From: Octopus sinensis | Lineage: Eukaryota | Direction: 5' to 3' | Assembly (NCBI RefSeq): GCF_006345805.1 | Contig: NC_043001.1 | Location: 54,312,001 to 54,376,000 of the forward strand | DNA length: 64,000 nt | Shown: positions 35,756 through 49,618 of the stretch, in pieces | How the letters are laid out: each line of letters opens with the position of its first letter | Position numbering within the stretch: position 1 is the stretch's first letter | The notes under the pieces: model-generated | What the model was told of the DNA's origin: nothing | What the model saw: the letters and a program-made list of their open reading frames with translations, nothing else | The model's database searches: none | Made by a program: the position numbers and the translations under genes

Positions 35756-35935
35756 GTGTGTGTGTGTGTATGATGGGATTCTTTCGGTTTCCCTCTACCA
35801 AATCCACTCGCAAGGCTTTGGTTGGCCAGGGGCTATAATAGAAGACACTTGCCCAAGGTACCACGCAGTGGGACTGAACCCGAAACAATGTGGTTGGGAT
35901 GCAAGCTTCTTATCACACAGCCACTCCTGCGGCTA
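34790..35935 (-). mobile_element. SINE family B split by a MITE inserted in its internal (TA)n
   Basis: 3' half at 34790-35010, 5' head at 35770-35935. Confidence 0.8.
35103..35711. mobile_element. Tc1-type MITE with ~225-bp IR/DR terminal repeats
   Basis: TA-CAGTGGCGGCCAAAATGTTCAGAACG ... CGTTCTGAACATTTTGGCCGCCAATG-TA. The motif TGGCGGCCAAAA.G.TCAGAACG occurs at both the outer and inner end of each arm. Confidence 0.9.
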
Positions 35936-36130
35936 TGTATATATATGTGTGTGTATGTGTGTGTGTGTGTGTGCGTGCGTGTGTGTGTGCATAATACACA
36001 CAAACACACACACATACACATGTGTTATAAATTTGTGAATCTCTGAGTGTGTTTGTACGTATGAACTTTATAGACGCGTGCACCCAATTTCTTGTATAAT
36101 ATATGTGCGTATTGATTGGTGGTTGAATTC

Positions 36131-36139
36131 ATAGATAGG

Positions 36140-36223
<84 letters not shown>
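36131..36223. repeat. (GATA)n microsatellite
   Basis: Direct reading; a second tract lies at 44098-44192. Confidence 0.95.
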
Positions 36224-37099
36224 CAGGCTTGACCTTTTTTTCCTTCAATTCATATATCTTTGCAATCATCGACTGAATATCTTTGATATTTCTCTACATC
36301 ATTTTGGTTTTTCATAAAATAATACATTATTACTAACAGCGAATTTCGCTCTTATCTTCTTATCAGTAGCTGTTGTTTAATACTGCTTTTTATTTATTTT
36401 ATTTCTTTCTCTCTTCTCTTAATTTTTCGCGTTCTTCCACACTCCTCCTTCCTTGTCATTCCTTTTTCTCTTCCTCTCTCGTCTTGATTTTACTCCTTTT
36501 CTCTTTCTTTTCTTCTTTAATTCGTCTCTTCGTCCCCCCCCCACACACACATACTCTTTCTAACATTCTAGTGCTATACTCTTTTTTTATCATTCTGAAA
36601 CTTTATTGTCTTTCCCTCTCTCTCTCTCTCTTCTTTCTCTTTCTCTCTCTCTCTCCCTCCCTCTGTTTCCACGTTATTGTCCTTCGCTCTGTTACGTTTC
36701 ATCATACACCTTACACATCTCTTTTTCTTCTTTTCTACTCCTTTCTTTCTCCTCTTCTCTCCCCTTCCTTTCTCACCCTCACTTTTCCACCTCTTACTCA
36801 ACAGTTCTCTCTTTTTTCTCTCCCTTTTTCTCTATCTTCTTTTGATCTGTTATATTTCATCACACTTCTTATCTCCTTTCATCCTTCTCCATCTCTCACT
36901 TTCCCACTTGTCTCTATGTCTCCCATATTTGTGTGTGTGTGTGTGTGTGCGCATATACACATACACACATGTACATACACACACACACACAGACATACAC
37001 ACACATATATATATATATATACATATCTACATTTATATATATATGTTTATATGTATAAACATATATGTATTCATGTACACACACATATATATATATGTG

Positions 37100-37137
<38 letters not shown>

Positions 37138-37209
37138 TATATATATAATATATACATATATAATACATATATATATACATATATAATACATATAAATATA
37201 TACATATAC

Positions 37210-37244
<35 letters not shown>

Positions 37245-37254
37245 CACATATATA

Positions 37255-37317
<63 letters not shown>

Positions 37318-38456
37318 AATATATATATATATATATAATGCGTATTTCTAGCTGTAACTCCTTTATTCAAGATATTAATAGGCTCTAGGTTGTCCTATGT
37401 CTCTGCTACATAAAGCAATATAATCGATTTTCATCACGACTCTGGTTATAACATTTTGTCTTGGTTTAATATTATTTATTACGCATTATTAGAATTTATT
37501 AATTTTCTCTTTTTATTAATAGATTTATTTTACTTTTTGCTAAGTTTGTTTTCTTTTCTTTTCTTTTGTTTTTATTTTTTTCTTGCTTTTTGCAATTTTT
37601 ATTTAGTCATATATTCCTTATCTCTTTAGAAATTGATAATAACAAGTAGCTAAAGAGTAAGTCTATGATACTGTGCACTGGTCTTTAGTGAAGTGAAAAC
37701 ATTAAAAATCTTATTGAGATAAAATATGTTTTGTTTATGTTTATAGACTCTTTTATTTTTGCATTTATTTAAAATTTTCATACATCGTGTGTGTATATAC
37801 GTGAGTGCGTGTGTATCTGTATGCCTGCCTGTATGAACACACACGGGTGCGCATGCACACATGCACATACGCACAGACACATACATGCACATAACAATAT
37901 GCATATGCAGGTTGCGCCAAGAAGTCCTCGCGCAATATATGTGAGTGTATGTATGCATATACATATACATATATACATGTGTACATATATATATATTTAT
38001 ATATATATATATATAATTTACGTATGCATACATTATATATATATATATATATACACTTTATCTGTGGGTTAAAAAGGCAACCAATCCTTTCATGTATAAA
38101 GAAACCTCTCAACAATTATCAAGCCCGCCACATGGAAAAGTTGGTACTCATCTCCATCTTCAATGAGAATATTAGCGTGTGTGCATGCGTGTGTGTGTGT
38201 ATGTGTGTATGTTCGTATCTATCTACCAGTCTATCTATCAAGTTATCAATTCATCTATATACAAATATATTATCTAAATGTAATTTCATACAAACAGACA
38301 TATACAAACATGCCCCCACATATATGCCTTCATCTATATATATGTGTATGTGTGTGTGTATGTGCGTGTGTGTGCGTATTATGTATTTATGCATGCATAT
38401 ATATGTATGGGTGTATGTGTGTGTGTGCGTGTGTGTGCGTATTTTGTATTTATGCA

Positions 38457-38536
<80 letters not shown>

Positions 38537-38978
38537 TGTATGTATGTATGTATGTATGTATGTATGTATGTATTTGATGAGCGCAGATAATTAAATAGAA
38601 CTTCAGTATATTAATAGAAGAATATTTACTTTGACGAGGTCAAGCAGTATTGAAGTGATTAAATCTAGATTTATAAACTTATTATCCGTTGCTTGTGATT
38701 TAAATGTGAGTAATTGGTGGAAAACTGCATCAAAAATGCTGTGTGCAGAAGTACAGAGAGTTCACATGAGAAAACCCTTCGAAACATAAATAACGTTTAT
38801 TGTTTTAAAAATAATACGTTTGAGCATTGTGTGCACTTACGGATGGAAGAAAGTAAATTTACGGCGAAATGTACTTTTCTTATACTAACAATGAGGATAT
38901 TATATATTTTGCTTTTATACATATATACATATAGAAATATTTATACAGATACACATAAAGAAACATACACACATATAT

Positions 38979-39191
38979 ATGTATGTTCGTATGTATGTAT
39001 GTATGTATGTATGTATGTATGTATGTATGTATGTATGTATGTATGTATGTATGTATGTATGTATGTATGTATGTATGTATGTATGTATGTATGTATGTAT
39101 GTATGTATGTATGTATGTATGTATGTATGTATGTATGTATGTATGTATGTATGTATGTATGTATGTATGTATGTATGTATGTATGTATGTA
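38979..39191. repeat. (TATG)n microsatellite, ~50 units
   Basis: Direct reading. Confidence 0.95.
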
Positions 39192-39214
39192 CTTATTTGT
39201 TTATCAGCACAGAC

Positions 39215-40800
39215 GTCACATTACTACTGTTTCTAAACATTAGAGGATTGTTCCAAGTCAGTAACAGAACTAAAATCTTCTTCCTGAGTGACCTTGTGCT
39301 ATGTAATCAAGCGCTATGCACAGTACTCACCAAAACGCGCCTAAAACTCGACATCGCAGATGCAGAAGTACACATACCAAAGTATGTTATAATGCGAACC
39401 GACAGAAAGGACATGAGTCTCGATAGAGTTGCAGTGTATATTCGGGAAGACCTCACACCTCAGGTCCCTTTGTCTGTGTGTGACACACTAAATGTTGATA
39501 TAAGACAACTCGATGTTGTTATATGTACTACTTATCACCCAGAATATACCCTAAATCACACGGACCCATTCGAATACTGCCTTGGGAAAAATAGAAGCCC
39601 TAACCAAATTAGAACAACACATCAGTGTACTTCTCATAGGTGACTTTAACCTGCCCGGCATAGGATGGGCTAAGTGCCTTTTCCTCTAAGGAATGATGTG
39701 ATGCGAAGAAAGATAGGTAGAGTTTCTGATGATCAACCTCACCAATACGTTATACATGGAGCATGTAGTACTCCCACCAACCAAGACAAATATTATAGTT
39801 GATTTCTGCTTCATAAATAGTATGGATTTTGTCTATAATATGACAGAGACGCCGACGCTAGTCTCGGATCATAATATAATAGAGCTAACCAAGTATGGAC
39901 AAAAGGAATCTGCAGACATGAAGCCTATTAGAGGCACTCAAAATCTAACCAATCTGAATTTCCATAAAGCAGACTGGAAATCGATTGAGAAAGAGATCAA
40001 ATAGGATAGTTCTCAATGTCTCTCCACACCGGACATCGACATGAAAGTTTAAAAAATCATGTCCGTAATGCAAGCCATATACTACAAGTTTGTCCCACAG
40101 AGAAAGGCCACTATACATAAGAACAAAATTCACAAGGAGAGGAAAGTTCTTATGAGACGGCGTGCAAAGATTGCAAACATCCTAAACAGAGAACTCAATG
40201 GCAGTGAAAAATCCCACCAGAAAACATTACTGGAAATGACAAAAATCTGAAATGCTCGCATGAAAAAGAAAGAGCAGATAAAGACACTTGGGTCATAGAA
40301 AATGTAAGATCAAACCCTAAAGCTTTCTTTAAGTATGTCAAAGAATATGTCTCCGTACATTGCAAGGTAGGGCCACTCCTCCAAACAGATGATTCTCCCG
40401 AAGGAGACCCAATGAGGATAAGAGAAAAATACTGGATAATTCAAGTGTTTTCACCTCCACCCTTACGGCACATGCAAGTCTGCAAACCTGGAGAGTTCTT
40501 TACCACAATGGATGTAAAAAGGGAGGCAGTAACAGTTGATTACATCGATATAAAAGAAGGTATAAAACTGGCCATAGATGAGGTAAATGTAAACTCAACT
40601 CTGGCCCTGATGGTTTCCCAATAATCCTTCTCAAATCATGCAAATGAGCCCTTACAAAACCATTGCAGCTTCTTTTTCAGAGCTTCTTTGAAAAAATGTT
40701 CTCAGGCAAATTGAAGGAGGTAAAAATATGTCCTTCTCATAAAGGAGGAAGTAGAACAGATGCCAAAAACTATTGGCCTATCTCTCTGACCTCACACGTC
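39215..40800 (+). mobile_element. CR1/Jockey-group LINE ORF2 remnant (APE endonuclease to start of RT)
   Basis: LLFLNIRGL, IPKYVIMRTDR, VAVYIRE, LIGDFNLP, PTKTNIIVDFCF, SDHNII, NFHKADW, NPKAFFKYVK, GPDG, HKGGSRTDAKNYWPISLTSH. Multiple stops and frameshifts. Confidence 0.9.
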
Positions 40801-41239
40801 AGCAATATCCATACTGTGTCCATATAGTATATTCCAGATTCACAGTTTTCGCTTATTTCATTTATATAGACACTGATTATACTTCGACTAATTTTGTTAT
40901 GCACTCGTTACTCTTCATTTACATGAATCTAACTGTGACCTGCATGTTTTTTTTTTCTTTCTCAACGCGAACACGAAAAGTAGCTCCTATATATTTTAAC
41001 CTTTCTAACTTAATATCTCCTTCCTTTCCGGGTTCATTCTGGTGGTATTTTCATTCAATATTTCCATCTCGCTAGCATTGGTGCAGTTTTCTTTCAAGTG
41101 CCAATGTAGATTGACTAGGCTGTAATGTTTCTTTTGCGCGCAAAAAAATTAACTTGCCGTCTATTTTTTATTTTCTTTTTCTTTTATACGTTTCAGCCAT
41201 TAGGCCGTAGCCGTGCTAGGGCACCACCAGTGTAATCAC

Positions 41240-41435
41240 CTTTTCAATGGCCATTCTTATGCGATTGGCTTTTGGTGAAGTAGGGAGTTCGACACAGCTG
41301 CCATCTTTTGCCGTGATATAGGGTCATCTGGGATCTTGGAAGTAGGAGATCAAGTTGTTTCTTGAAAACATCTACCCTTATTCCATGAAGATCCCTCAGA
41401 TGTTTTGACAAGGCATTAAATAGGCATTAAATATC
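41240..41435 (-). mobile_element. CR1-group LINE ORF2 C-terminus and 3' end, inverted
   Basis: Minus strand LFNALSKHLRDLHGIRVDVFKKQLDLLL. Confidence 0.7.
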
Positions 41436-41947
41436 TGTCACATCAGTCTAAGTAACAGTTTTTTAATTTGCTCGCAAATTTTTGTGTGCATGGTCTACGG
41501 GTTTGTGTGTATGCTGGAACTGACACCCTAACTTAAGAGATCGGTTTTCCAAAATTGCATAACTTTCCTAGGGGCTTAAATCTGCATTTTGGTACTTGTA
41601 GTTATATTCCATACAGCTAAAATATAATCAAAACTAAATAATAAAGGTTCCAAAATAGTTTTCCGTGATAAAAACATTAGAAACCTAAACGAAAGATAGG
41701 ACACAATAATAAACAAACATTCATCACGAAACTTATACAAGTTCTGCATGATATATATATATATTAATATTATTAATATTAATATCAGGAAATCAATATT
41801 AGAAATTTTTTCAGAAAGATATATACATGTGTAAAATAATTGTTGTATTAAAAATATAAATATGTATAAATATATATGTAAATATGTATAAGTATAAATA
41901 TATAATGAATATGACAGTTTAAAAGTTTTGAATTAAGTATTTAAAGC

Positions 41948-42039
41948 ATCTTACGATCGTTTCATAGAAGTGCTGTCCCTGATTTAACGCACATGAGTAA
42001 CATCACACATGTAAAAATAATACTTTCTTCATCATAGAT
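41948..42039 (-). ncRNA. Decayed hammerhead motif (inverted pseudo-LTR upstream of PLE RT remnant)
   Basis: Minus strand ATCT-ATGATGA-AGAAAGT...ACTTCTAT-GAAA-CGATCG-TA-AGAT. Core C3 is mutated; palindromic ACGATCGT. Confidence 0.55.
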
Positions 42040-42099
42040 AATTATAAATATATTTCAAAAATCAACGATAAAAATAAATGTACTCATTGACAAAGATAA

Positions 42100-43190
42100 T
42101 TTTTCAGGGAATCACCCAATTAAAAATTGAAAGGAAGCTTCTCTGTAGCACATATCTATAGAACAGTTGAAATACACAAAGCAACACCATCCGATTCATA
42201 CACCTCAAATATATACAACACAAGATCATTGAACAATATGATACCATTTTCAAACAATACACATTGGGGACAGAGTATACGGATATCTGAAGGGTTTCTA
42301 GAAATTTTAGAAGCAACTAACGAAGTGGACAATAACTCCAACTTACACAAGAAAGGGTTTTTTTACCAATGTTTTGGTGAAAGATACAAAATAAACCACT
42401 CATGATACTAATTAATATACCGTTGAAATTGCCAGTGTTCTGTACAAAATGGAAGCCGTTTCGTTGTCCATTGAGCAAATTATATAAACAAAAAGACAAG
42501 ATAGTCATGCTTTTCTTCCTTAGAGCCCGCATAGTTCTACGTAGTCACCAAAAAATGGTATCAATACATGAATATAAGATATACACTAGGTAAATGGACT
42601 ATGTCTACACCGTAATAGTCATATCGGAAGAATTCAAGTAAATTTAGAAAACCTAGAAATTTACTTTGTACTATAAATTTAACATTTAGAAAATTGCAAG
42701 TAAAACCCTCTGGCATTACATGCAAACAATCTAATAAAATTCTTATTAATGCAATGATCCTATTTATTGATGCAAACATTCAGATATAATATAATTTATA
42801 TATTACAGCCACTTCCACTAAAGACACACGTAAATGTACTAACATGGAAACAGCGAATATCCAAATAACGATAAAAGTGTTTGTTTGATCAGTAATAAAA
42901 TCTCTACTTAGTAGAGCATTCACATTTACCGATACAAACCCGGAACTACATGCAGGAATCAATTGAATGGAACAACAACTAATTAACAATGAGTATTGAA
43001 ACAAATTAGCAAACCAAGTCATAGAATAATGAAGCGCATGTATAATGCAGCCAATATACCCGACATTATGCTTATTTAGAATAATAAGCCACATATAAAT
43101 GACTCAAACACTTACTATCAAACAAATTAACATATGAAAAACCTCATAAAACAAAATACAAAATGCATTACACCACCATCCCGTAAACTA
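42100..43190 (+). mobile_element. Decayed Penelope-like RT remnant
   Basis: YTR*MDYVY (RYVDDI-like), ILFIDANI (LPFLDV-like), SVIKSLLSRAFTFT...ELH..IN*MEQQLINNEY (PLE thumb region). Confidence 0.6.
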
Positions 43191-43200
43191 ATACAAATAA

Positions 43201-43413
43201 TCCTTTTACAATAGGCACAAGGCCTGAAATTTGGTGGGAGGGAGCCAGGCAATGACATCGACCCAAATACGCAACTGGTACTTAATCTATCGACCCCGAA
43301 AGCATGAAAGTCAAACCGACCTCGGCGGAATTTGATCTCAGAACGTAAAGACAGACGAAAAAACGATAAGCATTTCGCCCGGAGTGCTAACGATTCTGCC
43401 AGCTCGACACCTT
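43201..43413 (-). mobile_element. SINE family A
   Basis: AGGCACAAGGCCTGAAATTT tail to TTCTGCCAGCTCGACACCTT head. Confidence 0.85.
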
Positions 43414-44097
43414 AACTAACAGAAATAATGCCCAACAAAAACACAAAAATATAGAAAAAAACTTACTCCAATAACAAGCCCACAAGTAAACTACTAACTA
43501 GTAACGTGATGTGAAAATAGTAAATTTCATAACTCTGATATTTTATTAGCAACGCATTAAGGAAAACTAGACAGAGAAACATCTGTGGATGACACATATA
43601 TGCTCTAGGAAATTCTCCACAAAAATTAATGCTAAATGACGTGAGCAATTGTCGTAATCGAACTCTGCGTTAAATTATAGACAAACAGCATTCGTTAGTT
43701 ACAAACAGAAATAAACACATGACTTATAAACTTATATAACTAACGGCGACAAATGGAATTGCAACGATGATGCCTACACCAGTTATATTTGCTCTGCCTA
43801 GAAAAGAGAGATATACAGTCCATCATCATTTCATCATGACGATGGGACTAAGAAAGCCGTGAAACGATAGGAAACTTTACTTTTCCGAACAACTTACAGG
43901 AAACTCACACCAAAACATGAAAAAACCTGGCACGAAAAGACAAAACTAGAACTTGGTAGCATTTTCTATGTTTGTATGTGCGTATATGGAAGCATATCTA
44001 CATACAAGTATATCATTATAAATGCACGTAAACATGCACACGTACAAATGCACACATAAATAAATACAATGTGTGTAGAGCTAGATAGAGACACAGT

Positions 44098-44192
<95 letters not shown>

Positions 44193-44400
44193 GTTTCGTG
44201 ATTTACCTATAGCTGTTGTAAGGCAATAGGGGAAAACATGGAGAGGCAGTACCTAATATATTTTCACTTGAGTTTATTTAAGATTAGGTTATACTTGTTC
44301 TAGAAAACAATATATTTCAATGGAAAATTTTATCTCAACTTATGTTCTATCTATCTATCTATCTATCTGTTTTTCTGTCTCTCTGTCTGCCTATATTGAG

Positions 44401-45660
44401 ACCAGACATATTATCACCAGACATATTCTCACCAGACATATTCACCAGACATATTAAATCATTGTGGAAGCGGTACATATATGATCGCTTTGTCATTTGG
44501 ACAAAGTTTGATGAAGCACTGGAAGAATATTTTTCTGGTATTTTAGGTAACTTAAACACAGCTATTAAGTTAACGAAGAAATTAAGTATCCGTGAATTAG
44601 CAATTCCGTATATTTTAATGATTAAAAATGAACCCAATACAAAAACCTATATTTTCACAGATATAAATCAATAAACTTGAACTCACACCACCCAACCCAT
44701 ACAAAAAATATGCCGTATTGTCTAGATCAGTAAATATGTACAACTAGAAATATACGCTTCCAGTTGTAGCAAAGGCTCCAAATCGCCCAGAAATATCCAC
44801 AACCCCTAAATATTGTATGGAATTGAAAAGTCAAACAAATTCCGTTACAACAGTTTCGTACAGTAAGTGAGATGAAGACAACCTAAAAGGATAAGAAATC
44901 CTTTGCTCATTCAATGAGGATATCTTTATTGTATGATGAGCAAATTTCCCAGTCCTTAGACAATCAATTGCTCGTAATTCAAAGCAAAAATTGTCAAAGA
45001 CATTGGACCAGAGCGAGAACAAAAAGGATTTAGTCTGAAATTTTGTAATGACAATCGATGCAGTATTTGACAATATATTCATACCGGTGTTGAGTTAAAG
45101 ATAAAATCCGGTGCCACCATATACTGAAATGCTGATATGACTTGGAAAAGCAAGAATCTTACATATAACGTTCAATGCAGCGACTACAAAACTATATTCA
45201 TATAGGACCAAAGACGCACTAACCGAGAGGATGCGGATACATCTATCACACATAAGACCACCAGAATATAAAATGATTCCAGTGAACATGCAGTTAACAA
45301 TAGTGGCGGAGCTTTTTTAAATATTTTTCTTTTAAAAAATAGACAGAAAGTATATTAGAAGATTTATTAGAGGGACATGTTTTATTGAAAACTTTCAACG
45401 GCAGTTAAATGAGCAATTAATAACATTTAGCTTCAAATAAATACTTTTCACTTTGTTGCATGAATATTGTCACAATGATACTTTTTTTGTCGAACCCATT
45501 GCGTTAAATCTTGGATGCTATAGAGTGATGTTATTGCAACAGTCTTCTAATTTGAAGGCTGGATGCTACAAAATTTCACCGGTTATAAAATTAATTTCTT
45601 CTTACTGATATGAGGTTATTCACCTGAAGAATGTTAGCACAAAACATGATCATACTAGTA
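44401..45660 (+). mobile_element. Decayed Penelope-like element: RT C-terminal half, GIY-YIG, decayed 3' hammerhead
   Basis: WKRYIYDRFVIW...LNTAIKLT, NSHHPTHTKNMPY, KNLTYNVQC...HIG..KDALTERMRIHLSHIR, FIENFQRQLN. CTGAAGA-ATGTT..AACAT-GA at 45624-45649. Confidence 0.85.
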
Positions 45661-45913
45661 AATTGTAAATTCCTATTAGAAATCCAGTGACAATGGAATT
45701 TTATGACGATAGATATAATATGCATTTGCTTTTGTATTTTTATGCACATATATTTGCACATATTTATATAGAAACCTATATACAAATATATGGAGTTTAA
45801 GTGCTCCAACCAAATTGTCGACACTTAAGTTCCTTGCATAGCTTTGCAGCTAATTAATAAAGAATAATAAAAGAATATACATTATATTCGCGCGCACACA
45901 CACACACACACAC

Positions 45914-45983
<70 letters not shown>

Positions 45984-46877
45984 CAAAGAACAAAATATTA
46001 GTATATATGATGTTAGGTTCGAAGAACGCCTTTTATTGTTATTGCTAAAGATCTGTAAACTCTATTCACAAGCATTTAGATATCCGCAATTAATATTTTA
46101 TAGTTCTTTTTGTCTTTGAAGCCATTAGTAGCTAGTTTCATTGCTCTCAGCTAAGGAATGGAAGATCATTATCGGAAAGAACGTACGATTCACAATTAAT
46201 ATATATTCAGTGCAAATATCGCAATATAATTGTAGCAACAGCTGTCAACTCTGAACATAAAGACAAATATTAACGAGTTTAAAAAGCAATAACAGTGTAA
46301 AATGTCTGCAACCATACTCTTCAGTAAAACAATTAATGTTATTTGCAATAGGCTAATATAGCTGTAATTGTTTTAAATGGCTTATATCTTGTTTATCGTT
46401 TTACATTTTATTGTGTTTGGTATTATTTTAACACTTATTGTGATAATGTTTGAAACTACAGAGCTGCTATGACTTAGGATAATTTTTTATTTAATTTTCA
46501 TTGTGTTTTATTGATTGAAAATGTCAAAGTTAACATCACAAAGTTCATTGCTTACGCGGTCTTGACACTTTGAAAGTGACAGGTGACCCTCACCGAACAA
46601 TATTATAGCGTATCAAGTGCGTTATTTATATTTGATTGTTCATCTGTTTCATAATAGGAGAAAATATTTTACTCTTATTGGATACTCATAGAAAGACAAG
46701 AATATCATGAATCTATTGTCTTCCCCACATCAGTTGCGTAGGTAGCACTAATGGAGATATAAAGATGATATAAAACAGAGGTTCTCAATCTGGGCAGTAC
46801 CGTCCCCAAGCATATCGAAGGCTTTAGGGCAGTCAGGTAACAGTATTAATATAATAAATTTTACTTATAGTAGTAAA

Positions 46878-48197
46878 TAGCAATACATCCTGGCGTTGCC
46901 CGGGCGTTGCACATTGTATTATTTGCTCCTTTCTTATGGGCAGAATCGGCACAGCTGATATATAGTTAATGAAATAATGGGAGCTATTTTTTGTCTAATA
47001 GTGAAGGGCGAGGGTACAGTTTCCATGAGTTTGCATGAATGTGCTTTCTGTTCTTAAGAAAGATCAGAAACTATGTAATGTTTCATCGTATAAAAGGGGA
47101 TTAATATAATTTTGTCCAGAAATCACGCTTTCAAAATTTTAATTTCCCTCTTTCCCCACTGCAATTTCTTAATTTGTAACTTTTTCAATTTCATTTTTTT
47201 TTTTTTTGTTATCTACGTAGAAAAATACAGAGATTACGAATATGGGAAATATATTTTTTTCTTATAGTTTAATTTTTCTTAAAGAAACACTCAGTGCCCC
47301 TTCCCCCACCTCGCCTGCTCATCACCAACCAGCTTTCAAAAAATCTGTCAATCTTTCACTTTTGTCTGATGTTTCCCGCATGCGTAGAATTTTACTGAAA
47401 AAGTAGACTTAGAAAATACCAGACCACTACCAGAAAACCCGACATGCTAGAAACAACAGGTAAACGACATTATTTCTGAAGAAACATCCCTGCTTTCCAA
47501 AAAAGCTAAAATTGAAACATTGGGAATGTGTAGCTTTTTGAAAGTGGAGGTGATGGGTAAAATTCTTAAAGATTTATACTCTCTGTTTTTTCTCCAAGAA
47601 TAAAAATTTGGAAAAAGTAGAAAATTAATTTGGTGTGGAGAGGGAGAAAATTAACATATTGAGAACGTGTTTTGTGGGCAAAATCCTAATCTCTGTGTCG
47701 CAAACATAGGAATCAGAAAAATTTATGAAAAAAAAGGGGCAGGGACGGAAATGTCACCTCGGACATGCTAGAAAGAAGATGTAAAGGACAGAATTTCTGG
47801 GAAAACCTCCTTTTAAGTTTATGTCGAATATCAGGTTTTTAAATTCGCTCATCACAAACACAAATTACGCAGTAGAAAAAGATCATTTCAACTGGGTTTG
47901 AGCTGTAAATTTGCACGTGCACACTGCAAGAATTAACATAATTCACACAGAAGTTTTACCTAGAATGTGCGTATGCATGTGTGTGTGTGAAAGGAAGTTA
48001 TTTTATGGCATTCTTTCGTTTGAAGAAGCAAAGTTGTCAACTCGACATATAAGATCATATGATTGTTTGTTAATTTCTATAAAATTGTTTTAATGTCTGT
48101 ATGCTTTGAAGAGAGAAGAAATTGAAAGAGAAGATAAAGCGAAAGGCGAGAGAAAGAGAGTGAGTGAGAGAGGCTGTGTTTCCTCTTAACATATAGA
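46878..48197 (+). mobile_element. Probable non-autonomous rolling-circle (Helitron/Helentron-type) element
   Basis: Begins TAGCAATACATCCTGGCGTTGCCCGGG (short GC hairpin near the end) and finishes TTAACATATAGA. No coding evidence. Confidence 0.35.
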
Positions 48198-48687
48198 AAA
48201 ATGGATATCGTTTAATGCAATTTAATACAATATTTATGTGTACATTTTCATAAATGTTTGTCTGAGTAGAATTCTACTTATGTGTAAAACATAGGACGAA
48301 AGTGATACATTGGAATCAAATCAAAGTATTGTCCGAAAATGACCTCAAAATTGTGCGACCCAACCTCGATGCCAAGGTTACTTTAGTTGTTGAGTCAAAA
48401 CATTTTATTTTGTAGATAGATGATAAGCAGCTTTCTTTATTACAATACACATGTGACTAATTCGGAGAATCATTACTTTCACTATTCACCCATGGTCACA
48501 CTCGTAATGCAACACTTTGTAATTTTGGTTCAATCTGAAAATGTTAAATTGTTTACATTTTGTAACGAAACCTGGTCGTTGTACAGAAGTGTATTTGAAG
48601 TAACTATAGCTGGTTATTGAGATAACGTACACTATGTGTAAATGAAAATAAAGTTTATTTTACATGTGTAATTGATTTGATTTTTCT

Positions 48688-48887
48688 GGAATTCGGTGAG
48701 CTGCCAGGATCGTTAGCATGCCGGGAAAAATGCTTGAGTGGTATTTCGCCTGTCTTTACGTTCTGAGTTCAAATTCCACCGAGGTCAACTTTGCCGTTCA
48801 TCCTTTCGGGGTCGATAAATTAAATCCCAGTAAGAGACTGGGGTCGATGTAATCGACTGGTCCCCTCTTCCGAAATTACAGGCCTTG
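48688..48887 (+). mobile_element. SINE family A
   Basis: CGGTGAGCTGCCAGGATCGTTAGC head, GAGTTCAAATTCCACCGAGGTC. Confidence 0.85.
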
Positions 48888-48889
48888 TT

Positions 48890-49175
48890 GTCTTAACATC
48901 AGTTGGTAAGAATAAAATTCATTTAACGACACCCTTTTGTTTGTAATTGGCTATAGTGTTGCAGGTTCAATCCAAGGAATATTGAAATAATACTCATCTT
49001 GTCTATTCCACAGAATAAGATTATACTGGAAGGCATCATAAGAGAGATAAGTCTGTAAAACACGTTTAAGATTGTTATCTTGAACACGAATGGGAATATC
49101 ATGATTTTCAATGGGATCGCCAACCATAAGTATGGCTATTTCATTAGATGTGGGCTCATTTAAACAACGTAAAAT
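48890..49175 (-). pseudogene. Helitron Rep/helicase fragment
   Basis: Minus strand RCLNEPTSNEIAILMVGD...HDI, SYDAFQYNLILW, KRVSLNEFYSYQLMLR. These match the NxPTxxEVA / SYDxLQYPL / FYxYxLMxR motifs of Helitron proteins. Confidence 0.75.
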
Positions 49176-49618
49176 GTTCTTTACTATAGTTTACTATATA
49201 CCTAACGAACGCAGAAACACACACGCTCATAGAATTGATAATACTGAAAACAGCAAAACGTACCCACACGAAGTTTAAGTGAAATGAAATGTAGTCAATA
49301 TAGGTGCAAAACACTTTCTGGAGCATAGTTATGCTATAAAAAAATGGAAAGTCACCAGTTTAGCAAAAGTTAGTATGCGTCACCAATGTAAAAAAAGTAC
49401 AGAAAGTCAAAATTTATTTGGAACATGTACTAAATGATATAAAATTCACGATTGAATGAATGACACGGTGAAGTAAGTGTAAGTCCAAGAAAATTCAGAA
49501 GGTATAATTCAATTTTTCATATAAAAATAATTTATTTTACAACTTTGAAACGAACGCTGAACCAAGTGTATAAAAAGGAAGAGGCTGTTTTTGAACTGTG
49601 TAACATTATAGGCTGTGG

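Noticed and set aside
38714-39643. 309-aa ORF, the longest in the track
   Set aside because: A chance fusion of random sequence, (TATG)n and the decayed LINE endonuclease; catalytic motifs are degenerate.
43828-43880. ATGACGA...GAAACG motif, and similar partial motifs at ~16125-16225, ~19465-19535, ~38625-38715 and ~54385-54400
   Set aside because: Each has two or more core or stem defects and cannot be told from chance by eye.
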